From NCBI RefSeq assembly GCF_009914755.1, contig NC_060942.1: 64,000 nucleotides of DNA, one strand, 5' to 3'. The notes below the pieces were generated by a model. That model saw only the letters and a list, made by a program, of their open reading frames with translations, did not search any database and was not told the origin of the DNA. Shown piece after piece: positions 1 to 16,298 of the stretch. The number at the start of each line of letters is the position of its first letter. Position 1 is the stretch's first letter. The stretch is from the human T2T-CHM13v2.0 reference genome, Homo sapiens. The position numbers and the translations under genes were made by a program.

Positions 1-217
1 CTTGATTATTCTTTAATGATTTTTCTTTAATGATTTTAAGTTATAGTCAGGCTTATAAACAACAGAAGTCTTTGTCTGCAAACATTTTTTTAAATGGAAA
101 GATCATACTATTTTGGAACAATCTAGATTCTTGTCTTGACTTTGTGCAGCCTTGGGCAAGTCTTTCCCATGATGGCTCTGAGTTTCCTCATCTGTAGAAT
201 GCAGGCATTAGACTAGT

Positions 218-447
218 TGGGTGGTTCTCAACAAGGGCAATTTTGCTTTTCAGTGGACCTTTGGCAATGTCTGAACACATTTTTGGTTGTCCTAGCAGGG
301 GAGGGTGTGACTGGCATCGAATGGGGAGAAGCCAGGGTTCCTGCTGAACATCATACCATGCATAGAACCGTCCCTCCCTCACCCTCCAAGTTCTCGAAAG
401 AATTTTCTGGACCTAATGTCAATAGTGGTGACATTGAGAAATCTTAG
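218..447. mobile_element. MER20 (hAT-Charlie non-autonomous DNA transposon)
   Basis: ggtggttctcaac...ggcaatgtctg...aatgtcaatagtg...ttgagaaa matches the recalled MER20 consensus. Confidence 0.75.
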
Positions 448-1109
448 ATTTCTAAGTTTTCTACCATCTATAAAATGCCACAACTCCTTCCATCTCATCA
501 CTTTTGCCCTTCACTCTCTCGTGGGCTTGGGCCTAAGATAAAACTGTAAAGAGCTTATTTAATTTCTTCCTTGTCCTATAGTTTGTTCTTCCCAAGCTTG
601 CATTCTTTGTCCTCTTCTTTCCCTGTCTCATCATGACCCGGGACAAATTTAAGAGGCATATACATTTTAACAAGGTTTAAATTCTGGGTGGCATCAGGCT
701 GGTTTGAAGGAGAAAGACATTTAATCGGCCTAGGCCTTTGCTGCCAGACGGCTTTCATCTTGTTTTGAGTCCATGTGAGAACACTTCCCTGCCAATTATG
801 TAAGCTGGGGACTGGGGAAGGGTGGACTACTGTTCAGTATTAAAATAAGGTGATGTTTAGTTTTTAGTTTAAGTTTTGAGCCACTGTCAGATTTTGTTTC
901 TTATTCTTTCATATTCCAACAGTCTCCATCTTGTACAGAAGTTTCACATGCAAAAGTAAAACAGCAGCATAACTGCTCAGGTAGGTTTTAGTCCCAGAGA
1001 AACAAAAGCATAACATCTCTAATGTATACCTAGCATTTAAGACACAATCTTTAATCATTTATTTCTTGCGTGTCTATGCTAGAAATATAGCTGGTATCCA
1101 AACAGGAAA

Positions 1110-2460
1110 GACAGAACCTAGGTGTTATCTCTGATAACCTTCCTCTCTCTCATCTCTCATACCTAATCCATCTCCAAATCCTATCAATTTTGCCTCTGAA
1201 ATATTCTGCGGATCTACCCCTTAACTCAACCTCTTTCAATAACTGCAGTCCAAGTCACTGTCACCTTGTCCTGGACCACTGTCATGTACACTTAACCACT
1301 CCAAACCCATCTACCCTGGTCCCCTCCACTCTACTCTTCACATTGAAATACAATATAAGTCACTGTCTCAAAACACAAATTAGATCACATCAGGCCCTTG
1401 GATGAAACTCTTCAATGGCTTTTCACTCTGCTGAGGATAAAGGCAAAACTGCTTTACATGGTCTATGATCTACCTCCCTCCCCACCCTCATCCTCCTGTC
1501 CTCCTACCCACTCAAGTTCTCCAAATACATCTCATCCCACCTGTTCCTCATTTTTTCTACTCCAATGACAGTAGCATCTTTCAGTCCCTGGAACTTTTCA
1601 TGCTCCTTTCTACCACAGTGCCTTTGCACAGACCTTTCCTCCAGCCTGAATGCTCTCACTATCCTTACTCCTACCTCCCTGTCTTAGACTGGGTTTTCCC
1701 AGAAGCAGACTTTGAGACTGGGACTTGAGTTTGTGTAATTTATTGGAAAGGTGATCCAGAAAGCACTGCTGAGGGAGTGGGGACAGTGAGTCAGGAAAAA
1801 GGGGAAGCCAGCACAGGTACAGTAATGAGCAGAGTCCTAGAGAGGGCAGTTGAGGCTGAGACTCACTAAGGCCTTCTGGGAAATGGCACAGAACATGCCT
1901 CTGAGTTGTCCATCCTGAGGGGTGAGAAGGTGAGTTATTTGTACTCTAATTCCTATTGACTATAGGTTGATGACTACTCCTGGGATTGCCATTTTCCTGG
2001 TACTTCTGGCCTGTCCTGTGCATGGGCTGAGGCCACTCCCATGGCCAGAGAAAGCCCTTGGGGAAAACATGTGTTTGCAGTAGGAAGCTATCCTACTGCC
2101 CAGGAATGTGGTGATAGGGGAACTGAGCAGGGGACTGGTAGCATCTGCTTCACCACGCACCCCTTCTTCATCTAATAGTTAATTCCTACCCATTCTCCGA
2201 TCTCAGTTCAGCACCTCTTCCAAGAAGCACCCCCAGACCTCCCTGAGGTAGTCAGTACCCTCATAATCAGCACACCTGGCACCATGGTCCTTTCCTTTGC
2301 AGCATCTGCCACAGTGTGATTGTTTCATTAATATTTGTCTCTAGCACTGGACTACAGATAAACTGAGGCAGGGGCTGTGCCTGTGTTTACTCACCTGTGT
2401 CTTTACTGCCACCGTGGCAGCCAGCTCTGGCTTTGTGGCATGTAGGATGGATGCTCTTTA
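1110..2460 (+). mobile_element. L2 3' fragment, interrupted by an LTR
   Basis: Degenerate L2 3' phrases (ccatctccaaatcctatcaatt, ctcttcaatggctt, cctttgcaca...cctgaatgctct). Confidence 0.6.
1680..2157 (-). mobile_element. ERVL solo LTR (LTR16/LTR33-like)
   Basis: tgtcttagactgggttttccccagaagcagactttgagac terminus typical of the LTR16/33 group. Confidence 0.55.
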
Positions 2461-2757
2461 ATTTTATTCTTTTTTTACCCCTAATGGGACATAAAGTTTT
2501 TCTCTTAGTCACCATTTTAAGCACAGCTAACAGTTCTCACCTTTGTTCGGATTATATTCTGTTTCTACACAAGGATTAGAACTTGGTCTTAATCAAGTCA
2601 TTAGAAAATTATAGACGTTAAAAAATCCAAACAAGCACTGAAACATTGCTGTGTAGACACAGACTGAAGTGTTTAGAGATAGAACTGTGGACTGGCAGGC
2701 AGTGTGATTCTACCATGGCTCAGAGTCGCATGAAAGGTGATTTTGGCCTGTCTCTAA

Positions 2758-3096
<339 letters not shown>

Positions 3097-3249
3097 TAAT
3101 GAATGAAAGCTAAGGGCTATGCCATGTACTCATTGTTTTCTTCTGTGAATCAGAATAGAGCCAACCCATAACAGCTATGCGGTATAATCTATCTTTTTAG
3201 AGAAAAGCTTCTGATGCTGTAAAGAGAGGGTGTAATTCTTGGGAGCATA

Positions 3250-3800
3250 TTAGTCGAGACTCCAACACTGACTACTATAAAGGGAAAAACCGGATGCAAG
3301 ACATGGGATGGATGGGGTGGGAGGGGGTCAGGGTTACAAGAAATATGATTGGTTCTCTTTCCTTCTCATTCTCTCCCCCTTTCTTATTCTCATCTTCTCC
3401 CCTCCACCTGTTTGATTCTTTCTGTGCTTTCCACGTTTTCTTCTACTCTGGATAGGCTGCTTTTATATGGAGGAAAACATGAACACCGGCATTCCCAAGG
3501 ATAAGTAATCTAGGAGCCTCAGTAGCAAGGAACAGAATCTTTCTCCCACGATCCATACACTGGGGAATTAATTGGTCCTACTTGAGTCATCTACCTGTTC
3601 CTTGGACCAATTTCTGTGGTTAGTGACAGGGAATAGCATGATTACCCAGAGGGGATGATGTGCACCCCTGTGGTAGTGTTGGAGAGTAGGGTATTTTGAT
3701 TGGCAGCCCCATCGGAACCACATGGAAGGAAGAAAGAGGGCTGCTGCTACTGAAATAAAGAGAAAATGCTAGGCACAAGAAAATGAGAGCTGTCTCTAGA
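3250..3800 (-). mobile_element. MLT1 (K/L-like) MaLR LTR relic
   Basis: attggtcctacttgagtca, cttggaccaat, gattggcagccccatc...accacatgg motifs. Confidence 0.5.
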
Positions 3801-6800
3801 AAAAGAAACTGATTAGCTTTTTAATTCATTAATCCATTCAGACACAGTTATTTATTCAAAAAAATCTATTGATTCTCTGTTATGACCAAATACTTCCAGT
3901 CATAGAAATAAAAGGTAGTTTCTCTCATTCAGTAACTCAATATGGTGGAGGAGATAGACAAGTAGACAATTAAGGTAGGAATCAGCTTTTAAGATCTTAT
4001 ATTATTAGAATAGCCCAACTGCAGGAACTTTAAAAATAGAATTCTTTATGTATTTCCAAAGAAGCTGGGAGCTACCATGAAAATAAGAATCGTCTTCATT
4101 CCTTCTGATTCCAGCCACAACAAAGCTAATTAGCTGTCCTTCTGCCCTTCTGGTAAAGTCTGGGTGGGAGGTGTGGGGGAATGGGGAGAAGACAGCTCAA
4201 AGAGATACTGAACATCTATTCAGACAAAGCTTCCCTCTGGTAAGGGAAGATTATAAAAATTCCAAGGATTCTCTGATTAAGAAATCTCTTAATCACCTCT
4301 CATGTGCTAGACTGCAAGAATGAACTGCTATGTCCAGAAGTTCAAGAGTCAATCATTCCTGATTTGCTAGGAGAATTTCTTAGCAAAATGCACTAAGCTT
4401 GTCAACCACCAAGCATTTATAATGCTCCAATTGTTTGATCGATCTTGCTTCTTAAATGCTGTTCTCAACCAAGTGCCCTCCTATAGAACTTCAATGGCCT
4501 TGGCCAATGTTCCACGAGACATCATCTTCTGGAATTCATATTCAATTTAGAAATTTTCCAGGGACCACCTGCTTGAGAGATAAAAATGAAAGAATATGGT
4601 TTATAATAACACTAACCAAAGGCAATCACGGCTAAGCAAACTTATTTCCTACTGAAAAACAAAAGTGATTTAGAGTGAAGTTGACCTGAGTAGTTTGTTC
4701 TAGTAATAAAGGACCATTTTCTCTAAGGTCTACAATCCTTTAACTATTTTACTGTTGCCTAACCCATGCACACGCCTCCCCAAGCATATGTTTCAAGCAC
4801 TCTGCTTGCTATAGCCTTCAACACTTTAGGTCTGAGAACTTTCCCTATAGGAAGATAAAGGGCTATAACTCACAGAAGTTCTGAGATTTCTTGTGGAGAG
4901 GCAGCTTTTATCAGTTCTGGAACAGGCCTTTTAATAACATAACCTACACTCTGACATGAGGTAGCCACACCTGTTATCTCAAGCCTTCTAAAGCAGGTCA
5001 ATCCTCAGAGCAGTTTCAAGGAACATCAGTGGCAGGAAGAAAAACTACCTAAATCTAACAGGAATAACTCCCTTATTGACTTAGCCAAAAAAGGCTAGCT
5101 TAGATAAGTACGTTGCAAGTCTCTAAGTTACCAAATCTCTAGCTGAAGTAATGGCAAACCTGTTAAAAGCCATAGGAAGGGTCCCTTGATATTATTTAAT
5201 CCAACTTCCACCTTGAACAGTGGAAGAGCAATGAAATGACTTTCCAAGATCCCATCATGAATGAGGGGCCTAGCCCATCATGTGCCCTTCTGATGCTTTC
5301 CTCTTGGTATTAGCTACAAGTAACAGAAGAGCACAATTAATATTTATCAAACAAAAAAATTTGTTATCTTACATAGTAAGACTGGAGGTAATGAGGCTCT
5401 AGGATTGATTAGAATTTCAGTAATGTTATAAAAGTTTCAGTCTCTTCCATTATTCTCTTTTTGCTCTGCTATTCTTGAAGTGTTGAAATTTGACCTCAGG
5501 TTTGCCCTCTCATGATTTCAAGATGGCTTTAAGCATTTCATCTGCACACACCATCAACCAAAGGCTGGAATAGAACCTACCCCCAACCCATTCTTGAGAC
5601 CATTTTTTGATTGGCAGTCCCATCAAAACCACGTGGAAGGAAGAAAGAAGAACCGCATGGAAAGAGTATGGAGAACTTTCCCAGAATCCCCAGATTTCTT
5701 TTCACATCTCATTGGCTGGAATTGCACAAATCAGTAGCAAGGCAAAGTGATCTACTGTGATTGGCTTAGATCAGTGGTCTGCATACCTCTGGGGATCCCA
5801 AGACAATTTTAGGGGATCTGCAATGTACAAAATTTTTCACAATATATTATTTTGTCTTTTCCATTATAATATGACTTTTCCACTGTATTGACTATTGCTG
5901 GTGGTTCAAAATCAATGGTGGATAAAGCTGGTACCTTATCATGAGTCAAGGTAGTGGCCTCAAGCTATATCAGTTTTAAAAAAGCCAATTCCACCTATGA
6001 ATTCCTTGATGAAGTGGCAAAAACTCTAATTTTAATAAATTACAACCTTTGAACACACACATATTTTAAATATTAAACATTACAGCACTTCTGCTGCAAA
6101 CCAAGACAGAACAACCTGTGTGGTGATTGTCTCAAGAAAGAGCACTTTTGCATTTGTTTGAGTCACCAGCTAGACTAGCCATTGTTTTTTGTTTGTTTGT
6201 TTTTTCCTGGAACACCATTTTTACTGGAAAGAACAAATGTCAGACAAACTATGGCTATTCAGACTTGGGCATTTGGCAGATATTTTCTTAAAAATGAACA
6301 AAGTCAGCCTGTCACTTCAAGGAAAATAACTAACTAATCAACAAAATGAAAAGGCATCTTACAGATTGGGAAAAATTACTTTCACATCATATATCTGATA
6401 AGGGGTTAATATATCCAAACTTTATAAAGAACTTGTATAACTCAAGTACAAGAAAACACATGACCAGATTAAAAAATGGCCAAAGGATCTGAATAGCTGT
6501 TTCTCCAAAGAAGATATACAAATAGCTAACAGGTACACGTATGAAAAGATTCTCAACATCACTGTCAGGGAAATGGAAGTGAAAACCACTATGAGCTATC
6601 ACCTCACACCTGTTAAAATGGCTGTTATCAAAAAGGTAAGAGAGAACAGGTGTTGGCAAGGCTGGAGTGAAAAGGGAACCTTCGTACACTCTTGGTGGGA
6701 ATGTAGATTGGTGCATCCATTATGGAAAACACTATGGGGTACCTAAAGAAATTAAAAATAGAATTAACATTTGTCTCAGAACCCCGTTTTCTAAGTATAT

Positions 6801-6954
6801 ACCCAAAGAAAATGAAATGACCACCTTGTAAAGATTTCTGCATGCTCATGTTCATTGCAGCGTTATTCTCAACAGCCAAGATGTGGTAACAACATAAGTG
6901 TCTGTCATAGACAAAGAAACTGAGGCATATATTATTCAGTTTTAAAGTGGAGGA

Positions 6955-7083
6955 GGCCGGGCATGGTGGCTCACATCTGCAATCCTAGCAATTTGGGAGG
7001 ATGAGGTGGGAGAATCACTTGAACCCAGGAGTTAAAGACAAGCTGGGCAACATACTGAGACCCCCATCTCTATTAAAAAAAAG
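6955..7083 (+). mobile_element. FLAM/Alu left monomer inside L1
   Basis: Single Alu monomer with A tail. Confidence 0.85.
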
Positions 7084-7087
7084 ATTA

Positions 7088-7379
7088 GGCTGAGCGCGGT
7101 GGCTCACGTCTGTAATCGCAGCACTTTGGGAGGCTGAGGCTGGAGAGTTATGAGGTCAGGAGTTTGAGACCAGCCTGGCCAACATGGTGAAACAAAATAC
7201 AAAAATTATCTGGACATAGTGGTGGGCACCTGTAATTCCAGCTACTTAGGAGGTTGAGGCAGGAAATTGCTTGAACCCAGGGGGTGGAAGTGGCAGTGAG
7301 CTGAGATTGCACCACTACACTCCAGCCTGGGTGACAGAGTGAGACTCCGTCTCAAAAAAAAAAAAAAAAAAAAAAAAAA
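7088..7379 (+). mobile_element. AluS inserted in the FLAM tail
   Basis: Dimeric Alu with a short internal deletion; aaagatta repeated on both flanks. Confidence 0.9.
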
Positions 7380-7914
7380 GATTAAATAAATAAATAAATA
7401 AGGAGATCCTACCATTTGCAACAACATGAATGAACCTAGAGAACATTATAGTAAGTGAAATAAGACAGCCACAGAAAGAAAAATATTGAATAATCTCACA
7501 TGGATGTGGAATCTAAAAAAACTGTCAAATATGCAGATATAGAGAATAAAACAGTGGTTATCAGGGGCAGGATGGAGGACAGGAAATAGGAAGATGTAAG
7601 TAAAGGATACAAAATAGCACCTATGTAGAAAGAACAAGTTTAAAGATCTAATGTACAACATGAGGACTATAATTAATAATAGTGTATTGTATCCAGATTT
7701 TTGGCTAAAGGAGTAGATTATTGTTGTTCTGGCCACAGGGAAAAGAAAAAGGTTAACTATGGAAGGTGATGGCTATGTTAACTTCTTTCACTGTAGTCAC
7801 CATTTTACTACATATGTATCTTATAACATTGTGTGGTATACCTTAAATATACACAATACAATTAATTAAGAGGCAAACAACTAAAAATATATATTGTCAA
7901 TGAAAATTAGAGGG

Positions 7915-8209
7915 TTTTTCTTGAGACAGGATCTCACTCTGTGGCCCAAGCTGGAGTGCAGTGACCTGGTGTGATCTCAGCTCACTGCAGCCTCCACATC
8001 CTGGGCTCAGGTGATCCTCCCACGTCAGCTTCTTGAGCAGCTGGGACTACAGGCGTGCACCATCACGCCCAGCTAGTTTTTGTATTTTTAGTAGAGACAT
8101 GGTTTCTCCATGTTGCCCAGGTTGGTCTCAAACTCCTGGGCTCAAGTGATCTGCCCACCTTGGCTTCCCAAACTGCTGGGATTACAGGCATGAGCCACCG
8201 TGCCTGGCC
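7915..8209 (-). mobile_element. AluJ-like
   Basis: Dimeric Alu with ctcctgggctcaag J-type features. Confidence 0.9.
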
Positions 8210-8244
8210 AAGAATTAGACTTCTAAGCAACAATTAGAATTTCA

Positions 8245-8604
<360 letters not shown>

Positions 8605-8899
8605 CTATGTTTAGAATGGTAGTGATGTAAGTAAATTGTGGTTTTTTTGATATTGTGTAATGAAACACATCAACATTAGATCTGAGTCATTCAGTAAGCT
8701 GATGTCTTGAATGACCAAAGCGTGATGTTACACAGACATGCATGGATAAAAATTTCAAAGTTCAGGACAGAGCAGTAGATTTTAATGTAACACATATGAA
8801 AAGCTTAGTGATTTGGTTTCTGATTCAACATCACTACTAACTGCTAAGAATAAATCACTTCTTGGGCTCTTGCTGTCCAGTGTGTAGGGAGGAAAAGCC

Positions 8900-9025
8900 C
8901 GGTGAGGTCACAGTGAGAAGTCATCTGCAGACTGGAAAGAGAGCCCCTCCAGAAACCAGCTCTGCAGCACCTTGATCTCGGACCTCCAGCCTCCAGAACT
9001 CTGAGAAAATAAATGTTGTTTAAGG
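8900..9025 (+). mobile_element. MLT1/MST LTR fragment
   Basis: caccttgatctcggacctccagcctccagaactctgagaaaataaa. Confidence 0.65.
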
Positions 9026-9671
9026 CAAAAAAAGAATATATTACTTATTAAATTTTAGTGTAGTATTAGGGAAGAATATCCACAATTATTTAAAAACTAT
9101 TAAAACACTCTACATTTGAATTAAGCTAGATTCTCTTTATTTCAACAAAAACAATATTGCAACAGATTGAATGCAGAAGCAGAGAATCCAGGTGTCTTCT
9201 ATTAAGCCAGATATTAATTTGCAAAAATGTAAAACAATGTCTGTTTTCTTGCTACATTTTTTCTTCAGAAAATTATAGTTATTTTTCATAAAATATTTTA
9301 GCATGTAATTTGTTTATTACTGTTATTTTTAATGAATTAAATGCTTTAAAATTTCTCAGTTTTAATTTCTTGTACAGTAAATATCAATAGGTATAATCCA
9401 CATAAAAGTGCTTTGGAGATGTTCAATGATTTTTAAGCGTTTAAAGGGATGTGGAGATCAAAAAGTTTGAGAACATCTGGCTTAGGGTAATCAAAGGTCA
9501 GTTTCTGGGTAGGTATAAGCCCAGCTTCCCCTGAAACACAAGGTTCCCCAATACCTGAACAAATTGGGGTTCTCTGAGGAAGGAAGAAGAGGAGAAGCCT
9601 TTAGGGTTCCTTTGGGGCAATCCTATCTCCTCCAAGCCTCAAGTAGTATATGGCTGTTTTTCCAAAATTAA

Positions 9672-10146
9672 GGCCAGGAGCAGTGACTCATGCCTGTAAT
9701 CCCAGCACTTTGAAAGGCCAAGCAGGGAGAGGATCAGTTGAGGCCAGGAGTTCAAAACCCACCTGGCAGGCTGGGCGCAGTGGCTCACACCTGTAATCCC
9801 AGCACTTTGGGAGGCCGAGGCGGGCAGATCACGAGGTCAGGAGATCGAGACCAGCCTGACCAACTTAGTGAAACTCCGTCTCTACTAAAAATACAAAAAT
9901 TAGCCGGGCATGGTGTCATCTGCCTGTAATCCCAGCTACTCAGGAGGCTGAGGCAGGAGAATCGCTTGAATCCGGGAGGCAGAGGTTGCAGTGAGCCGAG
10001 ATCTCACCACTGCACTGCAGCCTGAGCAACAGAGCAGGACTCCATCTCAAAAACAAAACAAACAAACAAACAAACAAAACCCCACCTGGCCAACATAGTG
10101 AGACCCTGTCTCTAAAAACAAACAAACAAACAAACAAACAAACAAA
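9672..10146 (+). mobile_element. FLAM monomer split by a nested AluS (9769-10075)
   Basis: TSD aaaaccc(c)acctggc at 9754-9767 and 10076-10090; (CAAA)n tails. Confidence 0.9.
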
Positions 10147-10249
10147 CCGAAAGAACCTCCAAATGAACTAAAACTGAATTTGGTTTGTGCTTCTTCAGAG
10201 AATTTGAACCAGAATATTCTCAACCATAATTAAAGGAATGCAAACAAAA

Positions 10250-10710
10250 CAATAATTAGGTAACTTTCTAAAAAATATTAGATTTGCAAAAATTCAAAAA
10301 TCTGATAAATCCAGTGCTAAAGACATAGAAAAATAAGTAGGAGCATAAACTGATGCAACCTTTATTATTTTTGGGGAGAGGGATATGGAATTTGCTCATA
10401 GCTATCAAAATTTTAAATGCTTATTCCTTTTGACCCAGCATTTAACTATTAGAAATTTATCCTACAGATATATTCCAAAATACGTTAAAATGCTCATTTC
10501 AGTGTTGTTTGTAATGCTAAAACCCTGAAAATAATCTAACTGCTCATTAATAGAATATTGATTGATTTAATATGGAACATCCATGCAATGGAAGGCTAGG
10601 TTATTAAAATAAGCTATTTAGATATGTATGTGTTATTACTGAAAGATCTCCAAGGTATTTTATTAAAAACAAAAATGTAATATTCAGAGCAGTGGGTAAA
10701 ATATGATCAC
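10250..10710 (+). mobile_element. Ancient L1 (L1ME/MC-like) 3' relic
   Basis: ttttgacccagca...agaaatttatcctacaga and similar degenerate L1 phrases. Confidence 0.55.
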
Positions 10711-11214
10711 TGCTCCAGTTGTCTATTGCTGCATAAAAATCATCCCAAACTTAGTGACTTCAAACTACAGTTATTAATTATGCTTGCAAACCTGCAAATT
10801 GGGAGAGCTTGGCAGGAGCAGCTTGTCTTATTCCACCTGGAGTTAGCAGGATGGCTTAGAGGTTGGGGGCGACCTAATGTTTAGAGATGGAATCATGTGA
10901 AGGCTTTCTTGTTCACATATCTTGTAGTTGATGTTGGCTGTTGCCTTGAATGGGGCATCCTTATGTGGTTGTCCCGCTTGCTTACAGCATGTGGCTGAGT
11001 TCTGAGAACAAACATCTTAAGGCACAGGAAATGGAAGCTACCAGTTTTTGAGGTCTTGGTCCAAACACTTGGCACAGCATCGCTTGTACTATATTCTATT
11101 TGAACTTGAGTTAAGCAGTCAGTGAGCCCAGACTCAAGGGGAGGGAATTTAGACTTTGCCTCTTGATACAAAGAGTGTCAAATAATTTAGGGTTTATGTT
11201 TTAAAACCTCCGCA
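10711..11214 (-). mobile_element. MLT1F/G-like LTR
   Basis: tctattgctgcataaaaatcatcccaaacttagtgactt...ttaaaacctccgca. Confidence 0.65.
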
Positions 11215-11236
11215 ATCCCAGGTATGTAAAAATTTA

Positions 11237-11719
<483 letters not shown>

Positions 11720-11920
11720 TTAATTTCTGATTTTTTACCTTATTACACTATTTGAGTTTTTGTCCATGAGGATATACTCCTTTTATTTAAAAAACCCCAA
11801 AATAACAGCAACTTATCCAGGATAAGAATGAAGTCTTTCCTTGGGCCTCCATGTCAAGTATCTTATTTTATATACACAGCAATTCTGTGAGGTCATTAGG
11901 GAAGGTATGACCATCCCTCT

Positions 11921-12601
11921 TGTATTAGTTCATTTTCTCTTACTTTTTTTGTGAGACAGAATCTCCCTCTGTTTCCCAGGCTGCAGAGCAGTGGCACAAT
12001 CTCGGCTCATCACAACCTCTGCCTCCCGGGTTCAAGTGATTCTCCTGCCTCAGCCTCCTGAGTAGCTGGGACTACAGGCGTGCTCCACTATGCCCGGCTA
12101 ATTTTTGTATTTTTAGTAGAGACGGGGTTTCACCATATTGGCCAGGCTGGTCTTGAACTACTGACCACGTGATCTGCCTGCCTTGGCCTCCCAAAGTGCT
12201 AGGATTACAGGCTTGAGTCACTGCGCCCGGCCGTATTAGTTCATTTTCATACTGTGATGTAGAAATACAAATACCTGAGACTGGGTAATTTATAAAGAAA
12301 AAGAGGTTTAATGAAATCACAGTTCCATGTGACTGGGAAGGCCTCACAATCATGGCAGAAGGTGAAGGAGGAGAAAAGGCATGTCTTACATGGTGGCAGG
12401 CAAGAGACTGTGTCTAGGAGAACTGCCCTTTAGAAAACCATCAGATCTCACAAGACTTATTCACTGTGATGAGAACAGCATGGGAAAGACCCACCCCCAT
12501 GATTCAGTTACCTCCCACTGGGTCCCACCCATGACATGTGGGGATTATGGGAGCTACAATTCAAGATGAGATTTGGGTGGGGACATAGCCAAACCATATC
12601 A
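11921..12601 (-). mobile_element. THE1 (D-like) solo LTR with nested AluS (11937-12232)
   Basis: tgtattagt...ccaaaccatatca termini; Alu TSD gtattagttcatttt at 11922-11936 and 12233-12247. Confidence 0.9.
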
Positions 12602-12964
12602 CCCGTTTTCAGATGAAGATCAGAATCTAGGTCTCAACTTCCAATTGAATATCCTTTTCCACTTTTTAATTAAGAAGAACCCAGGCCTAGAATTTGGCCT
12701 ATCTACTTGGAGGGGCCGATTTTGAATGCAGTTTTAACAGGTGCAGGGAAACTGTTCATGCTTGGTACTTGAACCTGAATCCAAAACCATAACAGTAACT
12801 CTCCCAGCGTCTAGCACATTGCCTGGAATCAGTTTGCTGAATAAAGGAATACAAAAACTCCTTATTATTCAAATCTATCCTCCATTCCCTCCACTCTAAA
12901 TCACAGACATAATAAAGTGGAAAATTGACCTTATTTTACTCTTGTTCAGAATGCTTCAATGTGT

Positions 12965-14752
<1,788 letters not shown>

Positions 14753-14789
14753 AAAATTTTTCAATGTGTTCCACCTTCACCTGTAGAAA

Positions 14790-15020
14790 AAGAAGTAATC
14801 TAACATCTATGTTATGTTCCAGACATTATATTAAATGCTTTGCATGAATTAACTTATCTGATTTTTTCAATAACCTTGTGATGTAAATGCTATTTTTGTT
14901 TAGCGTCTCTATCCTACAGACGAGGAAAGCAAGACAAAGAGAAGTTAAATAATTTCTCACAGCTAATAAGAGGAAGAGCGAGGCCTTGCACCAAGGAAAT
15001 CTGAAATCAGAGTCTGTGCT
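14790..15020 (-). mobile_element. MIR
   Basis: cctacagacgaggaaagc...agagaagttaaataattt core. Confidence 0.6.
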
Positions 15021-15177
15021 GTCAACCACTTCATTATCCTGCCTCCAAACTTCTTGTGCCATTGACAAGGTCCTCCACTGCTAACTGGGGGTACTGTAAG
15101 CACAAAGACAGTGAGATGGGAAAATGCATGGCGCGTTTGAGGAACAGTCATGAGGCCCAATTAAGCTAGAATGGAGC

Positions 15178-15673
15178 TGTCAACCTAAAAAAAGACATGA
15201 GAAAATTATCCCTAAATATGTTGAGTTTAATCAGGAATAAGAAATAAGGATTATAATTCAGAATGCATGGAATGGCAAACCACCAGTGCATTGAGGGAAG
15301 GATAAGAGGAGCTTTTATTAGCAAAAAGAGATTTACATAAGCTGCTTAGAAACAGAGTTCATTGGTTCCTGAGGTTCAAAGCCAGAGTTGTCAGTTTATT
15401 GGTAGAGATCCTGTTACTGGGCAAGTGTTCTTCAGAGAACATCTTATCTGAATTACTGCAGTCCTTCAGAGTGTCTAGTGATAAACTTTATCAAATCAGG
15501 AGATGCATAAAGGATGTGAAAGGGTTTCTTATGGGGTTTTTAGAAAGTCCTTGGAAAGAGTTCTTATCTCAGATGTGTAAACGGGAGTCCTCTCCTTCAT
15601 ACCTTCTCTTCCTGGCCCTATTTTGCCTGGGTCTGACAAACGCAATTTCATCCTGGTATCTGCATCTTTCACA
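15178..15673 (-). mobile_element. ERV1 MER4-group solo LTR (MER89/MER67-like) inserted in L2
   Basis: TG...CA termini and an exact 4-bp TSD gagc (15174-15177, 15674-15677). Confidence 0.75.
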
Positions 15674-15837
15674 GAGCCAACAAAGGGAAAAAACATAGTT
15701 ACTTTATGACAGAGAAATAGGCAGGGGGAAGATCATAGGGGCTTGCTGACCAGGGTAAAGAGTTTGGAGTTTATTTAATGTGGGATGGAAAATCCTTGGA
15801 GGGTTGAAAGCAGAAGAGTGATAAAATTTGTTATAGC

Positions 15838-15977
15838 TTTTTTTTTTTAAGTAAAAAAATTTTTAAAAAAATCTTTTTTTTTGTAGAGTTGGGAGACTCA
15901 GTATGTTGTCCAGGCTGGTCTTGAACTCCTGGCCTTCAGTGATCATCCTTCCACCATGTGAGCCACTGTGCCCGGCC
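15838..15977 (-). mobile_element. Alu monomer (FLAM-like)
   Basis: Partial left monomer with T tail. Confidence 0.8.
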
Positions 15978-15986
15978 ATTTGACAG

Positions 15987-16298
15987 TTTTTTTTTTTTTT
16001 TTTTTTTTTTTTCTTGAAGCAGAGTCTTCCTCTGTTGCCCAGGCTGGAGTACAGTGGCGTGATCTCTGCTCACTGCAACCTCTGCCTGATGGGTTCAAGT
16101 GATTCTTCTCCCTCAGCCTCCTGCGTAACTGAAATTACAGGCGCCTGCCACTACTCCTGGCTAATTTTTGTATTTTTAGTAGAGACGGGGTTTCACCGTG
16201 TTGCCCAGGGTGGTCTCCAACTCTTGACCTCAAATGCTCTGCCTGCTTCAGCCTCCCAAAGTGCTGGGATTACAGGCATGAGCCACCACACTCAGCTC
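15987..16298 (-). mobile_element. AluS
   Basis: Full dimer with long T tract. Confidence 0.92.

Larger units (their letters stand above)
6334..7869 (+). mobile_element. 5'-truncated L1 (L1MA/L1MB-type 3' end)
   Basis: ORF2 C-terminal and 3'UTR sequence; degenerate TSD aaggaaaataactaa/gaggcaaacaactaa. Confidence 0.85.
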
